A DNA stretch of 64,000 nt from Klebsormidium nitens (lineage: Eukaryota > Plantae > Klebsormidiophyceae). Location of the stretch: the NCBI GenBank assembly GCA_000708835.1, contig DF236950.1, positions 7,508 to 71,507 of the forward strand. Direction: 5' to 3'. The position numbers were made by a program, and so were the translations under genes. Positions within the stretch are counted from its first letter, which is position 1; every line of letters begins with the position of its first letter. The notes beneath the pieces are model-generated. The model saw only the letters and a program-made list of their open reading frames with translations. It did not search any database and was not told the DNA's origin. Shown piece by piece: positions 1-12,736 of the stretch.

Positions 1-2634
1 AGTAGTTACGCTCAATTGCTCTTTCGATTCGGCTCGAACTCGAGCATACACGGTGCTGAGCTGGTGGATGCAAACAAAATTGACCCTCTCGACAGGAGCC
101 TGCTTGAAACGCTTCCCATCCCACATCCACCAAGTCTTCCCGTCGTTCCAGATCCTGCAACTCATAAAAAGGTGTCATTCTTGGGGCTATAACGCCGTCA
201 ATGCCTTCAAAAGTCAGCGCTTGCAAGCCGTAGCGTTCGACATAACGGAACGTTCAACGGCCGGTGGCTGCTGACGTCATCCCGAGCTCCTAAACAGAAG
301 ACGATTTGACACATGGACACGGTGCAGGCTTTCTACTACGACGAACTTTAGGTGGAATGGCTGATGGCGTCACCCCGAGCTCCTGAAGAAACGAGGTTGG
401 CAGCAATCGGACACTTGGAACAGCACACAGTGCAGGCTCTCAATTTCAGTGAACGTCTGGTGGATCAGATGCTGACGTCATCCCAAGCTCACGACCCCAA
501 AAGGTTCGCTGATCGGACACTTGGACACGAAACACAGTGCCTGCTCTCAATCACAACAGACGCCAGGTGAAAGAGATGCTTGCGCCATCCCGAGCTCCCC
601 ATCCAATAAGGTAAGTTGAAACTCGGACATTGAGACAAAGGAGACACTACAAGACATGGATGACAACAAGGAATAAGCGAGATGCACGCAGACAATTTCT
701 CCCAGAGATGAGCTAGAAGGCAACAAGATGGAACCAATGGCTGCAGCTTTGTTCATGATAATTTTTCAAAGTCGCAACAGCTACCACAGAGAAAAGGAGT
801 GTTTGATACCACCTGCGGCACCTCGAGTACATCTGTGCGACGATCCGACTGCCGCCCATGTCACCTCTGAACGCCCAGTAGTCCACGAAAGGCTTTGTCA
901 GCTCCTTGTACACGGTCGGGTCGTCCTCAGAAACTGGAGCTGTCTCGCCCCCCATCATGCTCTCTTTTGCCATGAGCTCACCGATCTTGCGCGGCGGGTC
1001 ATTGTCACAACATTCTGGGCTGTTGCACTTGTAGAGGAGGTTGCGACCCCGCACGAGGACGCAAAAGTTGTTGGAGCCGCTGTGATTGGCCCCGTACGGA
1101 CACACGCGTGCGGCATTGACGCGGAACACGTTCATGTCGCCCCCAAAAGACCACTTGAGCTTGTCAAAGCATGAGTTGGAGTCTCCAGCGGCCGCGAGGC
1201 ACTTCTGAATGCGGTCCAGAACAGCTGGCGGAGGGGGCAGCTCGATTTCGTCCACACCGGAATCATCAGTTGGTCGAGCTGGGGGCCCAAATGCCAGTCT
1301 GCAAAGAAACACAACTGAGAATGGTGTTCAAATGGAGCACATAAGCCTGGCTCAAAATAATGCTCGTTGCACGGAGCTTATACTGTCAACTTTTATCTCA
1401 AGCAGCTTGCGAATCCTCCACAACCTAATTGCTCGACCTCAAATTCACGGCAAGAATCTGACTCGCATGTTTCAATGAACTTCTTCCTAGAAGCAATCAA
1501 ATCTGCCAGCGCAGACCTGTACACGAGGGTTCAAAAGCAAAAAGTGGAGGCACAGAAAATGCAAGTGTAGGGAGCAGTTGTAGCTCTCCAGCTATGATAG
1601 CTACCGACCTCCAAAGGGATCCGTGCACATCAAAAATGAGAGGCTGCTCAGAATGCCACACGGTAGACCGTGCGTGTTGAAACAAGCATCGACAAGCACT
1701 GAATGCCGGATGTTGGCACACAGGCATGGACCCTGCCTTGAACTCGTTACAGGCTTCGTGTCCTACATCAGAATGTGATGTACCTCGATGCAGTTGGAGG
1801 CGCGTTGCTTGCATTGATGATCTCGATCAGCCACTCCGGCATGGCCCGGAGGTTGGCGCGGTCTGGGGCGATCTCCTGCATCCACCCATAGCGCCGGACC
1901 GTGCCGTCGAGGCCCTTGTAGCTGCTGGGGCTCACGAAGAGCATGCCCCCCTCGCCACGCGTGTCAAGGCCCACCTTCGTGCCCTTGTACTTCAACCGAG
2001 CTCTTCCGGCCCCGCTCAGCAACCCCGCGGCTTTGGATTGGGAGAGGGAGAACAAGAAGTGTCTCCCGGGTCTGTGTCCCGACCACTGCCAGGGGGTGTC
2101 GTCCGGCAGAGGACCATGCTCTTCCAACATCCGCTCGAAAGCTTCCAACCCACCATCCTCTGCATCGACGTCCAGGGCATAGATGTCGGAGGGCTCCGTC
2201 ACGATTGCAAGGCAGCCCCGCCCCGGTCGAACCCCTTCTCGGAGGCACCTCCCAAGATCGCAGTTCTTCTGCCACTCTGGCATGAGACCAATTGGCGCCT
2301 TCTTTTCCTCCCCCTTGGCATTCAGGTAGACACTCATATCAAAGGTGAGCGACGCCACTCCCAACCCGTGGAAGTGATGTGCGGCAGCCACGCACTGGTC
2401 CAGTGCGGTGCCCGGAATCGTTCTCGGAATAGGGGGGTTGCCGGCTGCGTGCGATGCCTGGGGCGCTGGGGATGGGGTTTGGGCGCTTGGGACAGCTTGA
2501 GGGGCTGCAGGAATGGCGATGGCTGGAGGGTTTGCAGAGGTGGGCACGTGGCTGGGGGGGGAGGGGCCACCGGCAGGGACAGGCTGGGAGGCGTTGTCTA
2601 GTTGCGCGTTCGCGACAGAGTCGGGCATGTCCAA
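1..2634 (-). CDS. Spliced primase-(helicase): bifunctional Prim-Pol domain + Zn-binding module + D5_N-like domain; 3' part runs off the window
   Basis: ORF 1768-2634 has Prim-Pol motifs AIVTEPSDIYALDVDAEDGG (DxD), GRHFLF (His) and GLDTRGEGGMLFVSPS. Canonical GT-AG joins keep one frame: exon ending 1784, exon 1298-813 (RVCPYGANHSGSNN...YKCNSPEC, a C-H-C-C Zn motif), and exon from 154 (IWNDGKTWWMWDGKRF, D5_N-like). 5' end uncertain. Confidence 0.85.
240..620 (+). repeat. Degenerate ~100-bp tandem repeat (about 4 units) inside the primase gene intron
   Basis: GCTGACGTCATCCCGAGCTC-like cores at ~269, ~360, ~471 and ~578, each followed by GGACACTTGGA-like motifs. Same family as the 4.8-5.3 kb array. 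Confidence 0.7.
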
Positions 2635-3522
2635 AGGGGCCGGCCCAGATGCAAGGATTCAATTCTTGGGTGCTCTGGCAGCTGTGGGCTGCAAAGAAAA
2701 GACGATAAGAGGAAAGGGTCAGAGACCGAAGACTGTTCTGCCATGAGCAGAACGGGCAACAAGGTGTTCGTATAATGTAATGCAGCAAGAACGACACCCT
2801 TGGAAGCTGCTGACCAGAAAGACGAGAATCAAGGTGTATATGTTTGAACAACGTGGGAAACTTCACGACCAAAAAATGCTTCTGACGAGCTCTTCGATCG
2901 GACGCTAAATCCAGACCTCTGGCGCTAACCAGCTTCGAGCGCTCAAACTTGCATGCTCAAAAACTAATCGGAGTGAACAGAATTGATTCACCAGGCTGGC
3001 TTCTTTCTGTCCGACCTTGCAAAGAGCATGTGGTAAAAACAGACGAATTTGGAAAACAGACTCTAGTGTTGAATAAAAGGTTGATCTGGTCAGCCAACAA
3101 ACCTGAGTATCAACAATCAACCAACTTTGTGAGCCAACCGAGCTCCAAGATTCTGGACCGATATGCAGGCAACCGGGGTTCACGCTCCAATGTGCGCAGG
3201 GAGCCATTGGCTATGTATCCCCAGGCTACTGACCAATCCATAGAAACTCATAAGCGAAAAGCGCGGGTAATGGGAGCTGTCATCAAAGGGGGCCGACCCG
3301 AAAACTTTCGTCAAAGCTCGAACACTTGGACACCTTCGCGCAATCAACCTAAACCCCAGCGCCAGAAATTGGAGGTTGACTCTCGATTCGTGTACATCAG
3401 TAATGGTCCTTGGTGATATGTTGATATGTACACGAGCCACCGCACTGCGGCAACCCTGCTGACATGATAAAGAGCCAAGCTGCATCTGAGCCGGGAGCCA
3501 ACTCCCATGCGAAAGGGAGACT

Positions 3523-4212
3523 TCAGCAAGAAGCGAGGCTCACCAAAAGACCTTCCCGTGTTCGTGCACGCGGCACAATTATGCATTTTGCAAAATCGTC
3601 CGACAGGTCAAGGTCGGAGTCGAATTCGTCCCACCAGCCCGCATCTTCTGGCTCTGGCGCCCCCGCAGACGTGGCGTCGACGTCCAACATCTGCTCATCA
3701 GCCCCGCTTCGCTGCCTTTCTCCATCAAAAACAGCAGCCTGGCTCTCGCATGCCATCGGACCACCACTCTCAGAAGAGGACTCCGATGAGAGCAGCACCC
3801 GAGGACGCCGTCTGCTTTGAGGCGAGTGGCTTGCTCTGCCGGGTGCCCGCCGCTTGAAGCGCCGCACCAGGAGCTGGGACAAATCGTCCGATTCCGAATC
3901 GGCCTCCATAGCAGCGTTCGTTTGGGCATACCGCACCAGCGGATTCTGGACGTCTTGAATATCCTCGCCCTCCCCTTCCAACTCCGAGCTCCGCTCCTCA
4001 TCCTCGCTGGAGAGCTGCGGCTGCTGCTGGCTATCGCCACCGCCGGCCTGCAGTGCGGAATATGTTGTTTCAGCAAAGAGAAATGGATGAAGCAATGAGA
4101 GGGCACGCTGCTGGTCTTCCATAAAGCGCTGCTTTGGTAGAATGACCCCTGTCCAAGAGTCCGACTTCTTCACATGCTTTTCAGTTCGAAGTCTCCGACA
4201 TGATGTCAGCAA
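3523..4212 (-). CDS. Acidic, Ser/Glu-rich low-complexity ORF, possibly an upstream exon of the primase gene
   Basis: 229-aa ORF with coding-like composition, on the same strand as and upstream of the Prim-Pol exon. No recognisable domain. Confidence 0.3.
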   Translation of the reverse strand: MLTSCRRLRTEKHVKKSDSWTGVILPKQRFMEDQQRALSLLHPFLFAETTYSALQAGGGDSQQQPQLSSEDEERSSELEGEGEDIQDVQNPLVRYAQTNAAMEADSESDDLSQLLVRRFKRRAPGRASHSPQSRRRPRVLLSSESSSESGGPMACESQAAVFDGERQRSGADEQMLDVDATSAGAPEPEDAGWWDEFDSDLDLSDDFAKCIIVPRARTREGLLVSLASC

Positions 4213-4410
4213 CCATCATGGGCGAGATGACTTGCAATTGACAGCACGCATCCCAGTCCAAGTGTCCGAGCTCCTCACATGCTTTCTAAATCCGAGCCGA
4301 ATTCATGACGTCAGCCAACATCTCTAGCAGATTGTCTGGTAATTGACAGCACACTCACCCGCCCAAGTGTCCAGACTCAAGTCCGACCTGGCTTCATGAC
4401 GTCAGCAATC
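4150..4410 (-). repeat. About three inverted-orientation copies of the ~100-bp TGACGTCA-containing repeat
   Basis: TGTCCAAG(A/T)GTCCGA-like motifs at ~4151, ~4255 and ~4362 and CATGA(C/T)GTCAGC at ~4200, ~4304 and ~4395. These are reverse complements of the unit in the 4790-5322 array. Confidence 0.65.
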
Positions 4411-4789
4411 CCTGCCAGCAAGATGAGTTGTACCAAGGAACGAAAAAAACCAGCTAGACAAATGGAATACTTTGATTCGAACTTCACACTAACCTTCGAA
4501 ACGAGGTTGGCTGTCCTTAGCGGCAATATACTCGCCAGGTCCTACCTCAGCCTGTGTTGGAAGTCGTGGAAGTGGCTGGGGTCAAAGAGGCCTCAAAGAG
4601 GCCATGCAGGCGGGGCTCTCGCTGGTTGACTTGGACCTGCAATTGTAGTCAAACGCGGTCATAACTGCACGCTCCCATTCCGATCCTGACAGCAGCTTCA
4701 TTAAAAGACTCGAAAGCTGTGCAAGCAACTGCAAGCGACATGTGCCCTGACTATACCGAGGAGTAAGTCTGTTTTATCAGCCGTGAAGC

Positions 4790-5322
4790 GGACACCTTGG
4801 ACACTCGGATGGGGTTCGCACGATCAGCCACCGCAGATTGTGCCGGGATGGCTGCTGACGTTATCAAAGAGGGTCGATCTCAAAAGGTGCGTCAAAAACT
4901 CGGACGCTCGGACAGGGTTCGTGCAATAAGTCACAGCGAATTGCTTCCAGAATGACTGCTGACGTCATTCAAGTGAGTCGATCGGGAAAGGTGCGTCACA
5001 ACTTCGGACGCTCGGACAGGGTTCAAACAATCAATCACAGCGAGCTGTGTACGGGATGCCTGCTGACGTCATCAAAGGGATCGATCTCAAAAGGTGCGTC
5101 AAAAACTCGGATGCTCGGACAGGGTTCAAACAATCAATCACAGCGAGTTGTGTCCGGGATGCCTGCTGACGTCATCAAAGGGGGTCGATCTCAAAGGTGC
5201 GTCAAAAACTCGGACATTTGGACAGGGTTCGCACAATCAGTCACAGCGGCTTGTTCCCGGGTTGGCTGCTGAAGTCGTCAAAGGGGGTCGGTCAAAAACT
5301 TGGACGCTCGGACAGGGTTCAG
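4790..5322 (+). repeat. Tandem array of a ~102-bp unit, about 5 copies
   Basis: GGAC(G/A)CTCGGACAGGGTTC-type anchor at ~4902, ~5007, ~5109, ~5212 and ~5302. Units contain CTGCTGACGTCATCAAAG and AAAAGGTGCGTCAAAAACT. Confidence 0.9.
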
Positions 5323-6529
5323 TCAACGTTCCTTCAAAGTATGTGCACTAGAGCTCCTTGAGCACAACAAATCTTCTGACTCTCAGCCAACCCTTCCATA
5401 AATCAGGGGAACGTAAAGGTCGCTAGCGAAGGGACGATACTTGATTGAGGATTGCGCTTGAGTATCAAGAAAGCGTGTTAAGTGCTAAGAATTCACAGGT
5501 GTAATTTGTAATGGCACCTTCATTCTAGTACCTATTTCTGTATGCATCTTGAACCTTGGGGTCCTCGAGGGGGCACCAGACTAGCCCGCCGGCCAGCTAA
5601 AATTCAGCCCGCAGCGGACCACAGACCAGTTTGACACTTTTCCTGCACTTCCATGCACAGTAGAGACGGAAATAGCTCCGACGCACACATTGGATCAGCC
5701 TTGTATCTGCCTCACAATCAACCCACTGAAAGCAGGCTTCAAAACAGCCCTGGTGCTAAGTCCAGATCAGCCCTACAGCAGCTTGCAAGAAGCCCAACAG
5801 CGGTCCACTGGTCAGTCCGCCAGCCAACTAAAAACAGTCAACAGAGGGCCTCAAACCTATTTGTCAGTGTCCTAGCAAAGTGGGACATCTTGATAGATTC
5901 AAAGCACGCCTCCAATCAGCCCGAAAGCGAGCTCCAATCCACTGACAAGGCGTTTAAAGCAGCCCCGACCAGCTGTACCACCGTCAATAGAGCAGCCAGA
6001 CAATGCCCACTGAGTCATCACCCACAGTCCAATCGAATCAATTTGATACAAGTGAAACGCCTCACCTTTCTGAACGCTTGCAAACCCGTCTGGCCGACCT
6101 TTATTGAGCAAGAACTTGGGGTTGCAGCCGAGAATACCCAAGAGCCAGAAATCATGGGCAAAAAGCAAGTAGTTGGCAACCTTGTACGTGAAAGCCGTCC
6201 ACCTGGATGCTAAGCAAACCAGGCTGTTGCGGTTGCTCAGCAATCTGCGGCTCCTCATTAATCGCCATTGGCCCATCCGGGTTGTTGCAAGCGTGTGCCA
6301 TGAGGGGGGCCGGGACGCCGCCTGCCGCAGAGTTGGAAACAGGGTCGTCAAGTTGGAGCATGCACGTGTCTCCTTGCTCAACCACTGGTTCTTCCTGCGA
6401 GGATTACGCAAAAAGAGTCACACCCTGTGATGCATGGTCAGCTCCAGTCGGTAACAGGCAACGAGGGGCCAGCCGTCCCAACAAGTTGGTTTCTCAAAAT
6501 GGTGCTGGATGAAGTGACAGCAAGCCTCC

Positions 6530-7040
6530 AAAAATCCACCCTACAGTATATTTAGAAGCAGCCCAAACAGGGGACTCCGAAAAAGAGCCCCACATCGAAC
6601 TCCAATCAACCCCACGGCGGGCCTCCAGAAAACCTGACAACGGGCTCCAAAGTAGCCCTACAGCCAGCTCCAGAGCAGCCCGGAAGTGAGCTTCAAACTA
6701 GCCCTGCAGCGAACGACAGAGCAGCCCCGCAGCAAGCCCAAACAGCCCCCCCAGTGGGCTCCAAATCAGCCCGACAGTGGGCTCGAAAAGCAGCCCGACA
6801 GCAGTCGGCAAAACAGCCTCGCAGCAGCTCAAGTCAGCCTCTCAGCGGGCGGCAAGTCAGCCCCGCAGCGGAGTCCAAATCAGCCCTGCAGTGGCCGCAA
6901 ATCAGCGGCTCAATGGGCAGCGCATCAGCCCTCAGTACAAGCAACAAATGAGTCCGACAGCCTGGAAACAAATCAGCCCCCCAATGAGCCCCGTAGCGCG
7001 CGGCGAATCAGCCTTCAGCAAGCAACAAAAAAGCCCGACA
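6530..7040 (+). repeat. Degenerate ~22-bp minisatellite (AAATCAGCCC core)
   Basis: Recurrent AAATCAGCCC / AAGCAGCCC / AAGTCAGCC roughly every 21-23 bp. More decayed copies lie at 5600-6000. Confidence 0.7.
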
Positions 7041-7271
7041 ACTTGGCGTCAAATTAGCTCCTTCAAGGGCAATTGCATACAAGCACCTCAGTTTCATCTC
7101 TGTTAGCCCGCTCACCTTACCGTCTTGATTTTTACGATGCCACTGCAGGGCCTTGAGGCGCGTCCGCCATGTCCTCAAAGGGTCCTCAATTCTGTCATAG
7201 CGACCCAAGAACCTTAGTTAATAGTACAACCTTCTGATACCTGCACAATTCTGTTCCATGCACATGGTGAA

Positions 7272-7392
7272 GAGCAGGCTGCCAGTTGGCATTGAAAGCG
7301 AACCCTAAATTTGTGCTATGGGTCGATCATTAGCAGGCTGCCGATTAGCATTGAAAGCAGACCCTAAATTCACGCTATGGGTCTACCAATAG
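7272..7392 (+). repeat. ~58-bp tandem duplication (2 copies)
   Basis: AGCAGGCTGCC..TT.GCATTGAAAGC..ACCCTAAATT...GCTATGGGTC occurs twice. Confidence 0.8.
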
Positions 7393-8403
7393 CAATCAGG
7401 CTGCACACGCCAATGCTCGTCTTGCACATAACACGTAGCCATTGTAGCGGGGCGTGTGTTCACCAAGACGCAAATCTACTGTGCTCCATAGCAAGCGCGT
7501 ACAAGAGCAGCCCCCAGCGCATCCAGAATTTCAGCCTCACAAAGGTCTCAGACTAGAAGGCCCCCCTGGACAGCTCACCGTCCATCAAAGTCGTTCAACC
7601 TTCCGCTGAGCTTTCAGGACCCGTGTGATCGCTACATCCAGGAGTATTGCTTGTTTGTGTACTCTGCAGCTTGCTGCACCAGGCGTGCTCTGTCCCCGAG
7701 TGACAACTCGGAGGCCGCAAAGCAAGCAAAGGTCGACGTAAGAGAGCTTCCACTAGGGCATCAGTACGAGTCTCAGAAGAGGTGATTCTGACTCGCATCA
7801 AGTAGAGAAGGAAGGCATGTGGCAGCAATTTTCTTTTCCTGTTACCTTGCAATACACGCCATATTATTAAAGACTGAGCAGCTAAGTAGTGTAGTAGTCT
7901 GGCAGGAAGCTGCGTTGTAAGAGAAGGTGCACAATGATCAGCCACCGACAATTATTTGTGAACACCAGTGACCACCAGTGTTATTTGGCCACCTAGCAAA
8001 GCCTGCCTGTCGCTGAACTGTTGCGCGCGGAGCCAGAGTGCCAGAGAGTGCTACCAAGTGCTGCAGAGTGCTACAGAGTGCCCGCAGATACAAACAGGGA
8101 CCGGAAAAGTCGACTCGGATAACTCCCGTGTGACCTAACGTTAGGCTGTGTGACTTGAGATAGGCGCCCGGGTGACGGGTAGGGTTGGCCCGGTGGTTAG
8201 GGTGGGTACGGGTGCGGAGCGAGGTATGCTTTAGGTTGGGGTATTTAGTTTAGGTGCCCGGGTGATTTGTATCGTAGGCACAAGAGTTATCGGTATGAAA
8301 GGTAGGTGGTCGGGGTCGGTTCCCTTACCGTCGGGGTTCCGCAGCCGGAACGACGGGAATGAAGAGTCTTGTCTCCAGGGTATGGCCGGGCCGGCAAGGC
8401 GGG

Positions 8404-8467
8404 TATGACATGGCGGCCTGTGAGTGGCCCCGTTCTGAAACCGAACTTCACTTGCATGGCTTGCTGC
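8404..8467 (+). repeat. ~60-bp block shared in direct orientation with 30377-30436
   Basis: TATGAC(A/G)TGGCGGCCTGTGAGTGGCCC (26/27 identical) followed by CCGAACTT...TGGCTTGCTGC in both places. Confidence 0.75.
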
Positions 8468-11400
8468 AGGAAGGGCGGGACCCGGGGTGCATGGAAGGTC
8501 GCGCCAACTGTTGCACTGATCCATGGGGGCATCCGACTCGCATGTCCGAAAGGACAACGGAGTCCAACCATCCAATGCGGAGATCATGCATTTGATATCT
8601 GCCTGGCCAAAAAAACCCTTCCGCACCGGCAACCTAGCAACTAGATAACTGCTTTGGCCCCTTATACGTGCGAGATGCCATCTTTGAATGCCATTGTGGG
8701 GCCATCGCTCATGGTACTAACAGGGACATGCCATCGACACCTCTCATCAACAACCGACATGACCAGATCAAAGACGAAGGCGAAGGCGAAAGCACTTCTC
8801 TCGATAGCACGTTGTAATATACCCTTGCCGAGTGATTGCATGAGGCTTTGCAGACAGTGCATAAGATTGCGCTTAGTCTGGTCCGCTACAGGTCCATGCT
8901 TATGTTGAGAGATTCAAGTCATAGACCCACGTTCATGCACAAATTTGGCACTGAACATGCCTTTGCACCGGCACATTGCCCCATGCCTTTGATACGCACG
9001 GTCTATAAGAAAAGTACGTATACATCCAAGCAGTGCATTGAACGCTGTACACCGAATCTAAAATTGCCCTGAAGGATTTGTCAAGATCATAGCGCTATCG
9101 TCCGATCGAAAAACTTGGTCTCAGCACCACCCGATCGCACGATCGCTTTTGGAAAATGGGTTTCTAATCTGCAGGTTATGGATATAACATGGACTGGAGC
9201 CTCTTCAGAATCGGACCATGCCTGCTGTCACTAGCGCCATGGCTGCCAAGCGGGTGCCCAGGTGTCTGCAACACATGCAAGACCTCCCTTCTGCTTTGCG
9301 CACGTTCAACAGCTGTTCCTATAGGCTGAATCTTAGCACGGTGTCCATTCTCTAGTCCAAAGAAGGTACAACAGAGCGAACATTGGCTGGAGTGTGGGCT
9401 TGATCCATCGTTGAAAATGGTGCTCTTGGGCTCCGAGAAAGAAAACGACACACTTTGGAGCCCTAGGGCAAAAATTACACGTGCCTTTTCTGAAGTGAAA
9501 AGTTGCAGGCAGCTCAATGAACGACATTGTGCCCAACGCGGCAATGAAAGCTCTATCGTGTCTCCTAGCAAATGTCGAAGGTCACATTGGAGCCTCAGAG
9601 GAGGCGTGATTTCTTTGCTTGATTTGCTGATGAGGCTGCAGCATGTGAGGGCACAACATGGTGAAGACAGATTGAATTGGAAGGCTTAGGTTGCTACCAA
9701 GCCTGAAGACCCTACATGTTCACCAGATATGCAGATGATCCCCAAGCATCAAAGTTGGTTGCAGAGTGTCATAGGAGCACAAACGAACCATGTGTTGACC
9801 GGTCGATTTGCAAGCTGAACAAGCTAATGGTCACGTCAAACACGCGGACCCTGAAAAGGTTTGCTCATTGCAGGAACTTAAGTCATGCGATGCCAAAGCC
9901 TTCGAGAAGCGCCTGCAATGACTCGAAATTTACTCTACCCAGATCGAGGATTACCATAATACTCCTGCATCAACATCTTCCGCATATTCTCATCATCAAG
10001 CAAGGTCATTCGCTTCTTGCTGACTTGCTCGAGTTGCTCCTCCACGTCGTCAAGCCGTCTCTTCATGTCGTGCCACTTCCACTTGATTACTCGCTCGCCC
10101 AACGAGCACCGAAGAAGACCCTCCACGAGTTGCAAGGACTTGACTCGCACAGCCATGTCCTCGTCTGGCCAGAATGCACGAATCTGTATTGCAACACACC
10201 AGAATTCATTGCTTTTGACGTACATAGTACGCACTTGACCTGCAACTTAAACCTATCTTTTCCGAGATTGGGAAGCCAAACAAAACAGAAGCTTCAGAAG
10301 CTCAATTGCTAATCCGACTTGGCAACAACAAACAGCGGAGTCGTCAACTTGGAACAAGGTGCTGCACAAAGTGGCCGTAGTCCACGATCTTATGACATCA
10401 CAACTATGTAAGAATGCAATAACAACCACTAGAGCAGCCACCCACCTCAGCTGACTTTTCAAAATCGTACCACAAGGGCTGCTCAATGGACATTGAAAAG
10501 TACCTGAGTCATGCTGTACAAAGTGCCAATGGGGTACTCTCCAGGTTCCACCGCCAGGCCATAGTCGCGCTTGAGGACCTTCCTCTGCCAATTGTAACGC
10601 TGTTGCACCCAGTCCATGTCCTCCCTTGTAAGGGTTGTCAGAGAGGCCTTGTCGAGGAAGCCGTCCTTCTTGACTGTATAGAACCCTGTAAAACCGACAG
10701 CAAACACTTGATAAGCAACATGGGAGAGGGCCTGGACTCAATAGTTTACCTTGTGAATCTTCAGATAATCTTAATGGCTGAGTACATCCGTGTAGCAGAC
10801 TCTGCACACACAGCCTACAAAAGGACTAAACTATCAAGACCTTTCCAGTTACGCTTTCAAGTTCTTTGCTAGATCATGTAACAGTGGCTTTAAATCTAAA
10901 CCGGAGAAGGAAGTGTATCAGGCAGTGCAAATCATGCTTTGCCTGAATGATCATCTTCCATCTGACCACTCACCTTGAAGCTGGAAAACCTCTCCTGCCC
11001 ACTGTTTCAAATCGAATCCCAGGCCGAACACTGGAGACTGCCTTGAGGGCTCCTTCATCCAGTTTATAATAGCATGAAGGATGAGGTATTTGGCGAGCTG
11101 CCACCTGCCTCCAGGGCCGTCTTCCCAGTTCTGCAATGACGATTCAGGTGAAGGTAACAAGAATGTAAAAGGACACAAGATTCTCCGCCTCGAATATTCC
11201 TGCCTACGAGTGTCAATTGCAGACGAATTGTACAGCTGCACAATAGAAAACGTCTGCGTCTTACAGGCCCTTCTACGACATCCCTTGGTCAACAACATGT
11301 GGGCAAGAATCAACAAGAAATCGACCTTTCGGAAGGACGACCCTTTCCAATCTGCTCGGTAACATAGAAAGGGAGGCACAGCATCCAGATCCAAGTATCA

Positions 11401-12489
11401 CTACTCTACAGTCCTCAGAAGCCCCTTCAAGTAATGAATCATCAGGGATTGCTTACAGCAAGCAAGTGTGCCTTCATCTCCCATATGAGCTTGGCGCAGA
11501 TGGAATACTTGTACGCCGAGGTTGCATTCAGGATCGCCTTGTCAATGACACTTCCCATCCAATCCATGCTTTGCCGGCCCACTCCCTCGCTGCTCTCGTG
11601 CTCCCAGACGATCCCTCTGGAGCTCCCTGGCGATCCTTGCTTCGGGTCTCCTTCGGGGCCTTTGGCTTTCTTTGGCGTCAGTGCTGCATCTTTTATTGCA
11701 TGTTGGCCTACCGGCTGCAAAAGATACAAGAGTGAACCCATCGTCACCCCTTGTCAAAGGCATGCAAAATCTTGGCACAATCTTGGCACAATCAGCCTTC
11801 AATAATGCAAGTCACCTTCAATCAGATTAGGCTCGTAGATGTGTGATGGGCCATTTATCCCTTCCACTTTAACAGCTCAAAATCATGAAAAGCAAAGCAC
11901 TGAGGGTTCAGCCCTCCAACTGAAAACCAACAAGTTGTGCACATTGAGAAAAGTGTGCAGGTCCCTTTAGGATAACCGCTCGGATAGGAACACTGACTCG
12001 TCAAAAAAACTGCAAAAGCAACCACAGACAATGGCAACGCTTCAATGGACGGTACAAACTTACCTGTTCTGGGGGCTCAACTGATTCTTTGAAGATCGTA
12101 CTCCCTTCCCCATTGTCCCTGGGATCATTAGGGATCGCGAGCTCGTTGAGAAGAGTGATGATGCCCTGAGTTCGTGTCCTGTTGTTCAGCTCCCCGCCTG
12201 ACTTCTTAAGAGCACGTCCAGTTCTTTCTAAATCCTTCTGTATCACTCTGAACACTTCTACGACTATGTTGAAGTCCTCAATGGCTCCCCCTTCCCATGG
12301 ATTATTCGGCAAGTCTGTTGAGGCTTTGAAGCGGATGCATGGCCAATTCAGCATCAGGATGTGTTGAGTCCAACTGCTTGCAGGCAGCTTGAAGGGCAAC
12401 TCTTCCAACTCTTTCTTAGGCATCCTTGCCGAGAAAGGCGGCAGGTTCAAAAAGCAGGTCCGCTGTACGCTTTGAATCAATCCACTCAC

Positions 12490-12586
12490 TTCCAACTGCT
12501 CGCATACAAACAAGCTCACCCCTTTCTACTACGTTTCACTTCCAACTGCTCGCATACAAACAAGCTCAGCCCTTTCTACTACGTTC
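12490..12586 (+). repeat. 50-bp tandem duplication
   Basis: CTTCCAACTGCTCGCATACAAACAAGCTCA(C/G)CCCTTTCTACTACGTT occurs twice. Confidence 0.9.
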
Positions 12587-12736
12587 TCGAATAGCTTCAC
12601 GTCTCCCTTGTCCTGTGCACGTGGTTAGCGTTCCTGCACCCTTCTTCCTCGAGCGACGCAGGGGTCGGTACACAGATTGCACTGTGGCACTGGCAGTAAC
12701 TTTTGTTATAGCCGAGACGAGATGGCTGCTTCGCTC

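Noticed and set aside
1726-2601. 291-aa plus-strand ORF
   Set aside because: Antisense shadow of the GC-rich Prim-Pol exon, with no motifs. The same applies to the long antisense ORFs at 14688-15359, 27847-28488, 42299-43006 and 60388-60924.
4790-5322. 102-bp array as CRISPR
   Set aside because: The whole unit is repeated; there are no unique spacers.
6152-6385. SIQVDGFHVQGCQ as a KDZ-transposase-like FH..H motif
   Set aside because: Too short, and no other supporting motifs nearby.
5560-7580. Possible TIR pair (GAGGGGGCACCAGACTAG vs CTAGAAGGCCCCCCT) around the minisatellite region
   Set aside because: The match is short and gapped, and no TSD was found.
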